From NCBI GenBank assembly GCA_023231475.1, contig JALJEE010000340.1, positions 1 to 34,145 of the forward strand: a DNA stretch of 34,145 bases, written 5' to 3'. Shown in pieces: positions 10,179-23,278 of the stretch. This stretch comes from Seison nebaliae (lineage: Eukaryota). Under the pieces are notes generated by a model. That model saw nothing but the letters and a program-made list of their open reading frames with translations. It searched no databases and was not told where the DNA came from. The position numbers and the translations under genes were made by a program. Within the stretch, counting starts at the first letter, position 1, and every line of letters begins with the position of its first letter.

Positions 10179-11182
10179 CAATTTGCTATTCATTGCGACT
10201 AGAGACGAATTCGGCTTTACTCGCTGAAGACTTTGATTTCCAGATAACTAACAATTATTTAAACAATTAATTATCCCAAAGACTGAACATTTTCTCGTCA
10301 ACTCACTACCAATTCGTGTTTACTTTCTGAAATATATTTCTTTCTCACCAACACGGTACCGGTTCGCTCCAAATCGAATTAACAGCATAAATTCGATAAG
10401 AACATTGATAACACGATATTGTGAGACGAAAATGAAACTTGAAGAAATGAATTGGATCGCTTTGCAGAAAACTGTTTTTTTTTCCATTAGACAAATGAAA
10501 GAAAATTTATCGTTCGTTACTTGAAGAAATTAATTTTCGATGTATTACTTAGAATGTATCAGTTTTCCGAAAGAATTTTAATTGATTATTTCTTTAAAAA
10601 TAAACTTAATCTATTAGAAATTATACTCATAGAAACATAAAACGTCAATTGTTGATATAGAAATATGAATTCGCACCTTTTTAGTCAATAACTTCTCCTC
10701 GCATAAAATCATTCCGATATATTTCCTATTGGAATTGTGCATTCTCCACATTCATCAAAAGGAGAAAGGCAAACTTATGTTTTGCCAGAATTTCATTTGG
10801 ACATTTTCCCTCCCTCGATCTGCTTTATTCCTTAGTGAAAAAATGGACACATTTCTTTCGGAGAATACCATGGGCAACGTTCAATTCGGTCATTTTATTG
10901 ATTTATCGATTTTTCTCGTAATTTTCTAATTTCCATTTTAATGATTTTCTATCGCTCTCCTTCTTTCGCTCTCCTCCAACTACCTTTCTCTCTCTCGTCT
11001 CAATCTTCCACTTGCAATTGTTGGTGGTGCAAATGAAATGGAATATAATTAAATCTCCTCAAATTATCGTTTATGATATTTTCTCATTTTTCATAAAAAT
11101 TTGTTTATTCATCATTTACTTCAACTATTTCAAGTAGCCATATTATTGGGAGGTCCGTTACGACAGACTCTTCCCAGACAAA

Positions 11183-12046
11183 ATGAAGAGCTCATTATCT
11201 ACCTATTGTCTCCCCGTTGCCCTAATCCTATTGTGTCAATTGGCTGGTATGGTATACAGTAAAATCGAATGTCCTCCTGGTGGTGCAAAAATTGTATTTT
11301 GTCACGATGATCAAGAATGTATCAAAGATAGTTGTCATGAAAAGCGGGCGAAATTAGCAGACGCGTTACTTTTTTTATTCATTTATCAACTATCAAATTT
11401 TCTTCACTATTGACAAATGTGAGAATTGTGAAAATTGAAGAAATTTTCTTTAGTCGACTTATTATTGTCCAGCATTCTCTAACAATGAGAGATGATGAAA
11501 TAAATAAAACATTTCTAGCTGATCACACAAATCAAACTACTAATTAAATAATTCTTTTACTTATTTATTTTCGTTCAAAGTAAATCTCAATTGATACTTT
11601 GGGGAACGGTGTTCGGTGTAATTCTTATCGTAGCGACAGCCATCATGTGTTGGAGACGAGAAGGTCGTCTCTGTGAAGATAAGCCATGTTGCTCTTGTTG
11701 TCAATGCAAGAAATATAAGTTTATTTAAATGTCAATCTCTTTAATATATCATTCTTCGAAGAATGTTTATGTCCGAATTGAATACGGAATTAGATCGACA
11801 CGCTGAATTAGAACGACGAGCTGGACGACAAAAGAAGTTGAAAGAGAATTTGAAGAAAGTCCTAAATTTTTTTCACTTCCAAACAATTCATTTCGATTGT
11901 AGGAGAAATTGAAAGAGAAGAAGAAGGTGAATGAAGAGAAACGGAAGAAATTTGAAGAATCGAAAACACCTGGAAATCGTTTAGAATCAGCCGTCATCAA
12001 AGAGAAGGATGCGTTCGATATTGCAGAATTCGAAGAAGACGAATAA
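11183..12046 (+). CDS. Small type I membrane protein (signal peptide, short Cys ectodomain, TM helix, Cys cluster, charged tail), 4 exons, ~186 aa
   Basis: Exons 11183-11364, 11581-11718, 11762-11858 and 11903-12046 join in frame (561 nt). TM segment LILWGTVFGVILIVATAIMCW, then RREGRLCEDKPCCSCCQCKK and a K/E-rich coiled-coil-like tail. Only exon 1 appears in the ORF track. Confidence 0.8.
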
Positions 12047-12354
12047 ATTCATCGAGAATTATTTCGATAAAAATTAGATTCATTAAAAATTGTTCCATAG
12101 AACATATTTTTTCTATCATTTCAACTTTTCCTTTCAAATCTTTATTAAAAGAAAAACTCTTTATCCTTTTCTCCTTCAATAATGAGAAGCGTTTCATTTT
12201 TCAAAATATTCTTTTTCTCTCACACATAATATAGAAATGGAGAGAATAAATCGAAAAACGATTTTTAGAATTTTTTGTCGAAAATTTCGTTCCAATTAAA
12301 TTTTTGATGGAAGAAAATTTTCATTCACAAAAAATTCTAGATAAGATTAAAGAA

Positions 12355-14822
12355 TTATAAAGAATCAATAGAAATGGGCAATTTGAATTCGGTTCGTTTG
12401 TCTTCCAATTCGTCCATCTTCTCCATTTCCTTTACACGTCGATGAATTTTTAACATGGCCGGAGTATTCGTTTCTCGTTTGAGAATGGACGAGATCTCAT
12501 TCTTATCTAACGTCTCAACAATGAGAAGTGTCTCCGATAGACTTTTCAACTCGTTTGTATGTCGTTTCAAAATTTCCAATGCTCGACTATAAGATTCCTG
12601 ATGAAATGATGAAAAACAAAAGAAAATGATGAAATAAAGAGAAAATAATAAAAAGAACTTGAAGAAGTCGTTGAATTTCTGAGTCAATGAGAGCTTGTGT
12701 ATCTGAACTAATTTCGTTAACGGTAATGAATCCGAGACCGGCGTCCATTTCTTCATCGCGGAAGACACGTTTTCCCACTTTCTCCGACATTCCAAATCGT
12801 TTCACCATAGCGGTGGCAATTTGAGTGGCTTTTTGGAAATCGCTGGAAGCTCCGGTGGTTATTTGGTCCACGCCAAATGTCAGTTCTTCTGCTGCACGTC
12901 CACCCATACACACGTCCATCTCAGCTAACAACTGAATTTTCGTCTGATTATATAACTCCTTCTCTGGAATTGAAGCGGTGTAACCAAGAGCTTGTCCTCT
13001 CGGAATGATTGTAACTTTGTGTAGAGGCTGGGCAGATTTGGTGAAAAATGACACAATAGTGTGTCCGGCTTCGTGATAGGCTGTTACTCGGTTAGTGTCG
13101 TTATCGGGAATTTTCGACTTCTTCTCTGGTCCCATCAATACTTTATCTCGCGCCCATTCCATATGTTTCATGGTGACACGAGTTGCGTCGGTGGTGGCAG
13201 CATTAAGTGCCGCTTGATTCACCACATTCTCTAAATCGGCACCGGTGAATCCAGTCGTACCACGAGCTAAATAATATACTTGATCAGAAGTGAGATCGTG
13301 AGAGATTTTGTTCAAATACAAATCGAGAATTTCTACTCTGCCTTTCAGATCGGGTGTATGAACACGTACTTCGATATCGAATCGTCCTGGTCGAAGAAGT
13401 GCTTTATCCAAATTATCTCGTTTGTTAGTTGCGGCGAGAACGATGATTCCTTCGTTTTTCTCGAAACCATCCATTTCACTAAGAAGTTGATTAATTGTTT
13501 GATTGGCGTATGGATGTAATTGGGAATTTGTTCTTTTCGCACCAACTGAATCGATTTCATCAATGAAAATTACACAAGGAGCTCTTTGTTTAGCTGCATC
13601 GAATAATTGACGGACACGTCGTGCTCCTGTTCCCACGAACATCTCGTCGAATTCAGATCCAGAAGCTTGGAAGAAAGGAACATTCGCTTCTCCAGCTACT
13701 GCTCTCGCCAACAGCGTTTTCCCAATTCCTGGTTGTCCCACTAATAAAACACCTTTTGGTAATCGAGCACCTAATCGAGTGAATTTTTGAGGATCCTGTA
13801 AATATGCGACGATATCGATCAATTCATCTTTCGCTTCTTCAACACCTTTCACATCACTAAATTTCACATTCACTTCTTCAGGATTCGCTTCGAATTGTTG
13901 AGTCATCGACAACGCTGATGATAGTCCACCTTTCACTCCACCACCACCACCACTCAAGAAGGAAACAATCGTAATAATCATCCAAGTGATGAAGAGATAG
14001 AAAATGGTGAAACGGATTATTCGATTCCACGTCATCTTTTCTCGTTGTGTAGTAGTAGTGGCGAGGACGGATGATGTTCCCGCAACATAACCTTCAAATT
14101 GAATTATTAATCATTTCCATCACTCAATCTGCTAACCATCAGCGAATGACAATTTGTTATTGTCTTTCGATTTCGTCGATTTCAAATAATCCTGAACTAA
14201 TTTATTCGATATCTCAACTTCTTTCGGAACTTTAGTTGCACGTCGTTGAAGCTGAAAATAAATTATCATCAAATTATTATTAAATTAATGAACTAGTCGT
14301 TGAAGTAATGGCATGTTGATGTTGTCGTTCCGTAAAGTAGAATTATTCGTTTGACGTGGCAAATAGTCGTCAATTATCTCATCATTCAGCGATGGACGTC
14401 GATTGGATCGATGAGTTTTGAACGTTCTCACACTCGGTCGCGATCCGATAATATATGACAAATTTTGAATTTGTTTCAAATTCACTGATGGAAGATGTTG
14501 ACGGTCATTGAACAATTTTAATGATTCCTCAACATCATTCACGTTGAATGAAAATTGACTATTATTTCCATAAACATCCTTCAAGATCGTCCGGGCACAA
14601 TCTTTCGATATCTGACCAAAACGAGGAAATGAATGTTAATGGAAGAAAGAAGAAAACTTTACAAATCTCCTCGTCGTTCAACGAACAAGACGAGGCGATC
14701 GACGATGAATTTCTCTTTAAGTTCTTCTTTACAAGAAATCTCCTCAACAATTGACGGTCGATTTGATTGAAGATTGTCCCTAAATAATTCCCGTTCCCAC
14801 CCAGACAATTATGACTAATCAT
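12355..14822 (-). CDS. YME1L1: ATP-dependent zinc metalloprotease YME1L (mitochondrial i-AAA protease, FtsH family), 5 exons, ~757 aa; 5' end may extend further
   Basis: Exons 14658-14822, 14294-14611, 14137-14251, 12659-14091 and 12355-12597. SFADGY motif across an intron, single TM helix, Walker A GQPGIGKT, Walker [25 protein letters not shown] zinc motif, GGRAAEE, TTGASSD. Confidence 0.96.
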
Positions 14823-15283
14823 TCTAATTCAATCAAAACAATCTACAATTATCACAAGTTACCACTCAATTCTCCTTAAAGAACTAATGAAATTTTTGTA
14901 TATTCAGATGGAGAATAAAATGAGAGTAGATAATAAATCGTTTCTGTCAGCGGAGAATATATTATGCCAAATACGATTACAGATAAACAACAGTCACAAT
15001 AATGACGGTAGTAGTGATAGAAAGTTCACTTATTTCATATAGCTTAATATTCGATCATAATAAAATTTCAAATTTTTAATTTCTTTATTTCCATATAAAA
15101 TTCATTCAATTCCATTTTAGTAGAAACATCTCAATATAGTTGAAATAAACGTCTATTATCAATTACATCATTCCTTATCGAAATTGATGAAATAAAGAAT
15201 TAACAAAAGAACTAACCAACTTGTAAGAATTTAATTTTGAAATTTAATAAAAAATTTTATTATTCATTAAAAAGAAATATTAA

Positions 15284-15355
15284 GAGCTTGGCCGGAGATT
15301 GAACCCGGAACCTCTCGCACCCGAAGCGAAAATCATATCACTAGACCACCAAGCC
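15284..15355 (-). tRNA. trnP-CGG: tRNA-Pro(CGG) copy 1, probable pseudogene or weak copy
   Basis: Reverse complement GGCTTGGTGGTCTAGTGATATGATTTTCGCTTCGGGTGCGAGAGGTTCCGGGTTCAATCTCCGGCCAAGCTC. Relative to copy 3 it carries G19A, C48T, C61T and C72T. Confidence 0.8.
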
Positions 15356-15526
15356 TCATATCTAATAGGTCATCTAAACATGAAAATTGATTAACAGTCT
15401 TGACGTCTTGCAAAATAACTAAAGCTCAGAACGTACCGAGACCTTGCCTTTTGAGTATGAGGAAAATGAAGCACTGAAACTATCAGAAAATTCAGTCAAC
15501 AGAAGAAAATAGTGTAAAAAATTTAT

Positions 15527-15598
15527 GGGCTTAGCCGGGAATTGAACCCGGGACCTCTCGCACCCGAAGCGAAAATCATACCACTAGACCACCAAGCC
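15527..15598 (-). tRNA. trnP-CGG: tRNA-Pro(CGG) copy 2
   Basis: 72-nt cloverleaf with intact A box (TGGTCTAGTGG) and B box (GGTTCAATTCC), anticodon loop TTCGGGT, and a T6 Pol III terminator just downstream (A run 15516-15521 on +). Confidence 0.96.
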
Positions 15599-15812
15599 AC
15601 ATATTCCGATATTTGATATCTATCTATGAAAATTGTTAAATTTATGATCGTAAGAAAATAATTGAGCTTTTCAACTTACAATAGAATAAATGACGAAAAA
15701 CATTTATCTTAAATTTTAAAAGAGGACCATTAATGGGACTGTCAGAAAGTTAAATTGGAGAGCAAAACCGAATCGATATTCCAATAAAAAGAAACTGCTC
15801 AAAAAAACTTAT

Positions 15813-15884
15813 GGGCTTGGCCGGGGATTGAACCCGGGACCTCTCGCACCCGAAGCGAAAATCATACCACTAGACCACCAAGCC
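15813..15884 (-). tRNA. trnP-CGG: tRNA-Pro(CGG) copy 3
   Basis: 72-nt cloverleaf, fully paired acceptor stem GGCTTGG/CCAAGCC, anticodon CGG, and a T7 terminator downstream (A run 15801-15807 on +). Confidence 0.97.
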
Positions 15885-16358
15885 ACACTATTAAGAAGTT
15901 GGAATTAGAATTAAACTTTCAAAATTCCATAATATGAATCATGGAAATCATAAATAGCTTTATAATGACTTCTTTCAATTAATTTTTAAATGTTAAACGC
16001 TAAAGTAGTTTATTAGCTTTCAATAATATTTGAAAAAATTTAGATAAGTAAAATTTTTATTATTATTATTATTGTTATTGTTTATTGCTCACAAAGAGTG
16101 ACGGAAAATTCCTATAGCGGACAAAATATAAATAAAATAAAATTCTAATTGAAAAAAGAAATTCGATTAAATTTTGTTTTGGAATTCGAGTTTGATCAAA
16201 AATTGGACGTTGGACAGTTTAGTTGCCTTTTGCGCTTAAATATAATAGGAGTTGGTAATAATTGAATACTTGCGCTTCAATTGATATTCTCTTAATTATT
16301 TCATTTGTAAAAGTTCATAATACGAATTCAGTGACGATATTGGGAAATTGGACTTAAG

Positions 16359-18043
16359 ATGGACGGAAAACTTACACAAACTATTTCGAGAAAGAAGAAG
16401 ATTTATTCAAAAGCACCACGTTCTTCCTGTAACAGTTCATGTCTGAAGAATAGGAATATTGAACCAGTTACTAAGAGCGACATCGCGAACACAACGAATG
16501 GAAAAGAAGTTACATCTCATTTTGTTTAATTCGTACCATTTTCCTGATTATTCCATCGTAGTTGTCTGATGTAGAAGATTTAGAGAAGACATCCAGCCTT
16601 GAAAGATCAGACACGGTGACGGACCGGCAAACTGAAAATTCGTCAACTGGAACTTCGGTTGAGGGCGATGATTGGACTAGTTTACTCCCAATCTGGATAA
16701 GGAATATTATGGATACACTCACCACCACTTACCAGATGGTATCTGAATCAGAATTAGTTCATTGGAATTTGATTGTCGATGCGGGAATACTGTCGATACG
16801 AGTCAGTATTTGGCTCACCATTCTAACCCTACTGGTGCCCCGAAGTACCTTGTCCTTAACTGCATTTAGTGTAATTTTCGTCTGGCTTCTACTCAACTTG
16901 GATATTGTGGTCAATAATAATTGTGTTCGAGATATCTGTCAATATCTCTCTTTGTGTGTTGATGATGAAGAAGCGGTAGAATATGTGAATACGTCTACTC
17001 AATTATCCGATATGCATTTAATTATTCATGAAAATGTTGATGAGTGTAGTGACTCGGAAGTTCTTATCCCAACAAACAAAAATTCGTTGGAAAATTTAAA
17101 AGACGAGAATCTCACCCCGAAAACTGTGCCCAATCGTGAAGTGAGAGAAGAAGAGAAAATGAGCGATGAAATTTCTCAAAGTTCACAACCGTCTCTCTCA
17201 TCAACAACTCGTTTGCGGAAAGGAAAGAAATTTCCCGTTAGTGATTCTTTGTATATTCGAAGGGATTTCCCTTGGGATAAATTGGTACGAGTGGACGACA
17301 CTGTTCCAACTACTTCATCCTACACTCAGAGTCATATTGAAAACACTAGTATCGATGGAATCGTTCCTAAGAGTTTACTTACTCAAAATAATTTATCAGA
17401 TTTCGATGTTAAATTTCAAGAACAGAATGACGTGAAATGCTCAGCTCCGTCAATTAATCCTGCCATTCAGTTTCATTTAATTAAATTTTAATATTTTTAA
17501 CAAATTTTCAGGAGTAATACCCAACAATCGATTTGTAATGAATCGATAATTAAACCGGAAAATGAAGATTGGGAAATGTCGTCGGAAGAATTGATGGACG
17601 ATGAAGATATTAAAAAGATTGATTTTCAAAATTTAAATAATCCGAACGACGGGAATGAACCACCATATTACGATATCCATCAACGAAATACGGCATCCAA
17701 CCAATTGTCTTTGTGCGGTAACAAATGTAATAGTAAGAATCAATTAAAACGGAAACGAAATGACGAAGAATTCATGACCAGTTCGAAATTCAGGAGGAAA
17801 TACAATGAAGAAGAACATTTCGTCCACTTGGCAAATGTTCACAATTCGAACGATCGAGCAAGTGAGACGGAAGAAAGTGACGAAGAGACAATATGGAACG
17901 ATTTGGGGAATTATCGGCAGAAGACCGGCAATATTAAAAGAAGACGTTCCACTTCAGATTTAAGGAAACCACTATCAGGCTCGACTAAACGAACGAAAAG
18001 CAGTTGCGCCATCTTACAGCCTACCGATCAGAAAAAAGAATAA
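16359..18043 (+). CDS. Uncharacterised protein with hydrophobic hairpin and acidic/basic disordered regions, 3 exons, ~529 aa
   Basis: Exons 16359-16508, 16562-17469 and 17512-18043 join in frame (1590 nt). Hydrophobic stretch ILSIRVSIWLTILTLLVPRSTLSLTAFSVIFVWLLLNL; basic clusters KRKR and KRRR near the C-terminus. Confidence 0.8.
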
Positions 18044-18991
18044 CAGTTTAATAGATAATCATAATTATCTAATTATCTATCGATAAATTAATACAATATT
18101 TAATTAATAATTAATTAAATTAATATAAATAATTAAAATATTCCATTCTAATTTTTTTCCGATGAAAATTCCGTTTGATTAATTCCTAAATTTATATGAT
18201 AATAACAGACAGAATCTTGACCATGATTGATGAATGATTGTGATAATGGTAAACATGACATCATATTCTATAATAAGTTATAGTCCCTTTCATTTAGTGT
18301 TAAGCTTCCACGATTAGTATTTTTCTATAAAACGGACATTTTGTAAATTTTATATTAAGAATTTTATTTTTTAATAATAAATTTAAGATTAAATTTAGAT
18401 TATTAAGATTTTGTTTGAAACTGTCACAATCAAATTTTTAAACTTAATTTTCATTTCATTTACAATGAATGTTCAAAGACTGGATGAATGAAGTCTACAT
18501 AAAAAGAATAAATAAAAAGGGAGAAATGAAAACCTGAAAATGTTTGAAAAGTTTATGAGAGTTTGACCACGTTCAATGTTTGACCTGATACTATGATGAG
18601 GAGAAATAAATATTTTGAAAATAATAAATTGTGAATGGGAGTGTTGTGGATAAGATATTGGATTGTTTGCAACGGTTTATGACGCCTTCCATAATATCCA
18701 TAGTGTAGAAGTAAGAACTTTAATTACTTTCTACATACAACAACCAACATTTCCATTTGATCTATTCATGTGAGAGAGTTACACCTTTATAGTTCTCCTG
18801 CAAACCATTCATATACATATGAAGCGTATGACTATAAGTATGTGTAGTCATTCTTATGTCTATCGAACTACTATTATACTCTTAAGTATTTTCATTTTTA
18901 AAATTCAACAAAACTGAAACATTTCATCGACTCCACAAAAACTTTCTTTCTTAACCCGTTCTATCCAACTCTACATTCAATCGAATTAGAA

Positions 18992-21016
18992 ATGAATTCC
19001 GAAAGTAATATTTCTACGGAATTAAACGAAAATAATTTAGCATTGGCGAGGGAACCTATCTTTTGGAATTTCTTCGAAAAATATTTTCTTGCACCACAAA
19101 TACCCGAGTCGGAGATGACCCGATGTCAACCAGTCGGAAACTTATTCAATTATGTCCCGTTCGTAGTTTTCTCTTCACTCTTTGTCTGATCGTTCTCCCA
19201 GAAAATACTTGGAAGAATTCTTCAATAAAATGATTGAATTCAGAACGACATATTACGATGAAGAGGTTAATGAATTGGAATGTTAATTTTATTTATTTAA
19301 ACTTTTAGTAAATTCATCTTTTTAGTTTTGTTGTGGTATTATTATTTCCAACATCTGATGATGAAGCATGAACTTATGTTGACAACTGAAAGAGATGGTG
19401 ATGTTTTGTCAAATTATCATCGAACAAGGTACAACGTCATTGGGAACGATGGAATACTCTCAACTACTCCACATTTCCCTATATATCAACTAACGAAAAC
19501 ATTAATGGTCAAACCGATTTCTACACCTCCAATTCGACCGAAAGTTGAACCCGAACCCTGTCCAATTAACAATTTCATTCGACTCTTTCCAAACAGTCCG
19601 ATTCATACTTTGTTGAAGCCAAATGTCAATCGGTCGTATCCGGAAAACTCCAACCAATACGATCATAAGGAACCTCGACAGATTAATCACATCCATAGAA
19701 CCAATCGGTCACGACGGAAAAGGAATTACGATATTTCTTTTTTCGAAAACATCTTCGGTAATTGCGATAAATGTGTGGAGAAACTGATGGATTATATTAA
19801 TGAGAAAAGGAAGAATGTCCACAGTCTCACATTGAGAGAACAAACTTTTCTACAGTTATGCCCCCCCATCGATCAACTTCACAACAGTTCGAATAAAAAT
19901 AATGATCAAGTGTCCGATCATTTGGAACAAATCGATTCCACCAGTGAAAGATCAGAAAATAGAAAGAAGAATGAATCATCATATTTAGGAGATGAATCAA
20001 ATATCAGGTTAGACAGTCGAAATAGCGGAGTTTTTTCTTCCTTGCAACTACACACTCCTATCAACTGCAAGAAAATAAACACTTCCACCATAACCGTTGA
20101 TGACGAGTCTCCGTTCACTACTTTTAAGAAAGCAGCTCTCATCAAATTGTCACCTGTTTCCCCAAGACGATCGTTATTTCTTTTTCATTTTACATTTTTA
20201 TTTGCGTGTTCTAGATTTGAAGAAGAAGAAGAAGAAACTGATTGTACGAGACATTATACATCGAAAAGAAAACGTTCCAAACGAAAGTCAAATGAATATA
20301 CGTCGGTGTTCGCAACAGATCCAAATCGAACGATCTTCTCACCCAACTTGACATTCAATTCAAAACTTCCATTTTCAAATAATCAAAAAAATGGGAAGTT
20401 TAACGACACTTTCAAATCGAAAGGAATGCACTTCAATAACAATTTAAGGAAATCTTCTCCAAATTGGCAAAAATTCACAACCAACTCCAAACGTTCGATG
20501 TGTTCTCATCCAACATCAACTGACGATGACACCGATGACGACGAAGAGGATGAATATCGATGGTATTCTCCCACCGATCCGACAATACTCGTTCAATATC
20601 CGACAGATAGTCAGAGAGTTCAAGAGGATTCACGGGAAAAAGAAAATCGTTTTATGACGATGGACAGTATGATGGACAGCCCAAATCGAAAAATGCTCGA
20701 CCAGCAAACGGAATTAGAACGTTATATCAGTATCAATTCACGATATGATGATAATCAAATGTCATCATCAAATAACATACTCCATAAGAAATTCAAACCA
20801 ATTAATACTAATGTTCAGAAATTGCAGTTAGTCGAACACAATAATTATTCTTCATTTCACTCGTTTCCGAATAGATGGAATTCGAACAGATTTATCGATG
20901 ATCGAATGAGAAGAAAAAGTTTGAAAACGTCTTCCAACAGACGATGGATGAAACATAGAAAGACCAATAGATTTCCAACGATAGATCGATCCACAAGAAA
21001 TTCAGATGAATCATAG
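18992..21016 (+). CDS. Uncharacterised, largely low-complexity basic/acidic protein, 3-5 exons
   Basis: Introns 19159-19201 and 19282-19325 link exons in frame to the 562-aa ORF. Two further intron-like in-frame segments lie at 20173-20214 and 20827-20874. No domain recognised. Confidence 0.75.
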
Positions 21017-21354
21017 AACCTAAAAAAATTGTATAGAAATCAAAAAATACAAATTATTTAGTTCTTAATTTAGAAAAATTCTCGCAGAGTAAATAAAATA
21101 AAAAATAGAGAACTTCTTAACCCTTTGCAATCGAATAGTTTTATACATCCAATAAATAACAGTTCCTTCCTGTAAGGACATTTTTGTCTCCTCATATATT
21201 TCTATAGATTACACTGACCAGGGAACCAAACATTCTCACAATCACCAAAGAAGTAAACATTTTTTTATTCCGATTAAATTTTTTTTATTATTATTATTCG
21301 TTGGTAGTTCCTAATTCTTTATATGAAGCTCTTCGTATAATTTCCAGTTTCCAC

Positions 21355-21515
21355 ATTACTTCTCTTATTCCGAAATGTTTACGAGGTGAAATCGATATCG
21401 GAATGGAACTTATTAACGATAATGTGTAAAGTCAATTATTTTATTTTCTTGTTAATTTTCCTCAAGAAAATTTGATTCTATAAAAAATAATTAAAAAAGA
21501 AAAAAAATCGTTGAA
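21355..21515. repeat. Diverged repeat homologous to 25579-25729, probably a fragment of the same DNA transposon family
   Basis: attacttctc.tattccg.aat.tttacgag.tgaaatcg...at.ggaa and the downstream atttgatt.tata are shared collinearly with 25579-25729. Confidence 0.65.
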
Positions 21516-21799
21516 TTTGATTTGCTTGACGGTAACCTAGTTACCCGGGAGTAGTCTTCCAAATTCAGAAGATATATTGGACAAAACTGAAAATTGTCAA
21601 TTGAAGTTGATTTCAAATAATTAACTTTTCAGATTCCGTTCTTGTTTTGGACGATTCAATAGAAAACGTTATTGTGAAAAACCGGTCAATCAAAATTATT
21701 TGATTCACTTCTCTTCTATAATACCAAGTGGAATTTTAGTTGGGTCTATAAACTTGTTTATAAATATGAAATAAGATTGTAGAATTTAAAGTAACTGGA

Positions 21800-23278
21800 A
21801 TGTTTCTAATAATTCTTCTTGCTCAATTCGCATCTGCAATTTATGGACGATTTCCGATAAGTGGTCCAATTATTGAAGATGCGCATTGTCCCTCATGCAA
21901 TATGCAGATAAACATATATGCCACGATATACGAAGACGGAAATAGGATTAATAAAATTTTCATTACAAGAAAAAGAGACTCTGATAGAACAGAAGTCGAC
22001 TATTGTAGACAATTCACAGTGAAAGACAAAATGTATCACATTTCCACCGATTGCTCTGTCGAAGTTCTTCCTTCACAAATACCAGAGATGGGAGAAACAA
22101 TAATTCCAACTACACAGGAAACTACAACGATCGTCTCAACTAAGAATTACTATAACTCTAGTGCTCAAAATAAATGGTCTGGAAATATCATATCTCCCGG
22201 AGATCAGGTTTTTCCTTCATATCTTCCAAATTCCATTAAAGTGAAAACGTCCGTCAGGTAACGATAACGATAAATAAAAATGGAAATGATCAAATTATAA
22301 AATTATGGGCCATCTATGAACGTTCTTACGTAATAGAATACATTGAAGGGGATTTGGATGAAGATTTAGAATATCAAATTTGTAACGTGGAATCTGTTTC
22401 TTTCTATTTGTTAATATTTTTTAAAAATTAGTCTGTAAATTATGGTATTAAAAGTCAAAACAATAAAGCTATAATTAAGAGGAAGATTGAGAGAAAATAT
22501 TTCCTTTATGTTGACGGTTCTTACTGTTTTAATTCTTAATTATTCTAATGTTACTTTTCAATAGATGACAGGAAAATTGCGAAAGACAATTTTGGTTCAG
22601 TTTATTGATTCTGATGATAAATTTTATATTAAGTCATTTAATTTATTTTTTGAAGATGATTATAACAATTTAAATGATTTACCTAATTTAACAATCATGA
22701 TTACACAATATGGAACACCATTCACTATTTATGCAAACATTAATAAAGATATAACGCTAATAAGAAGGAGTGAAGTACAAATAATTGAATCCGATTCTTC
22801 AATCTTGCAAAATGGAAATTTGAAGCAACAACAAGTTTGAGTACTGCTTTTATATTATAAAGCGATTCCTTTCTTTCAGAATGTGCAATATATTATAAAC
22901 AAAGACAAGAAACAATACACATTTATTTTCAATTTCATTACCTTGACGCTATTAGAAGTTCAATTAAATTGTATGGAGGACTCAGAAAAAACGAAAGTAA
23001 ATATACAATATCCAAGAACAATACAATTCCGATCTTGGTTACTATCATAATGTTCTCCTAATAGTAAGTGATTAATTTATAGGAACAATATTCTCCTCGA
23101 AGATGGTTCTTCTTCTCTGATTAGTAGGGATGATTCTGAAACAGATATTGAATTTCTACTTGAGGAAGGTACATAATTTTCTAACATCAAATCTTATTCT
23201 ACCAACTAATCTTTTTATCGAATAGACACTATGGAGGAAGCTGACCACATATTAATTATATATAGACCGGCGTTGTAG
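21800..23278 (+). CDS. Uncharacterised secreted protein, 7 exons
   Basis: Signal peptide MFLIILLAQFASAIYG, CPSC motif, Thr-rich linker. Introns 22208-22257, 22387/22396-22431, 22510-22564, 22835-22879, 23038-23082 and 23169-23225 keep a continuous frame to TAG at 23276-23278. Confidence 0.72.

Noticed and set aside
10320..10487. Minus-strand 55-aa ORF containing GANRYRVGEKEIYFR, vaguely like a GAS2/GAR domain
   Set aside because: The diagnostic VRVGGGW is absent and a stop follows immediately.
21531..21545. Palindrome GGTAAC-CTA-GTTACC
   Set aside because: A six-bp stem is expected by chance; no second copy seen.
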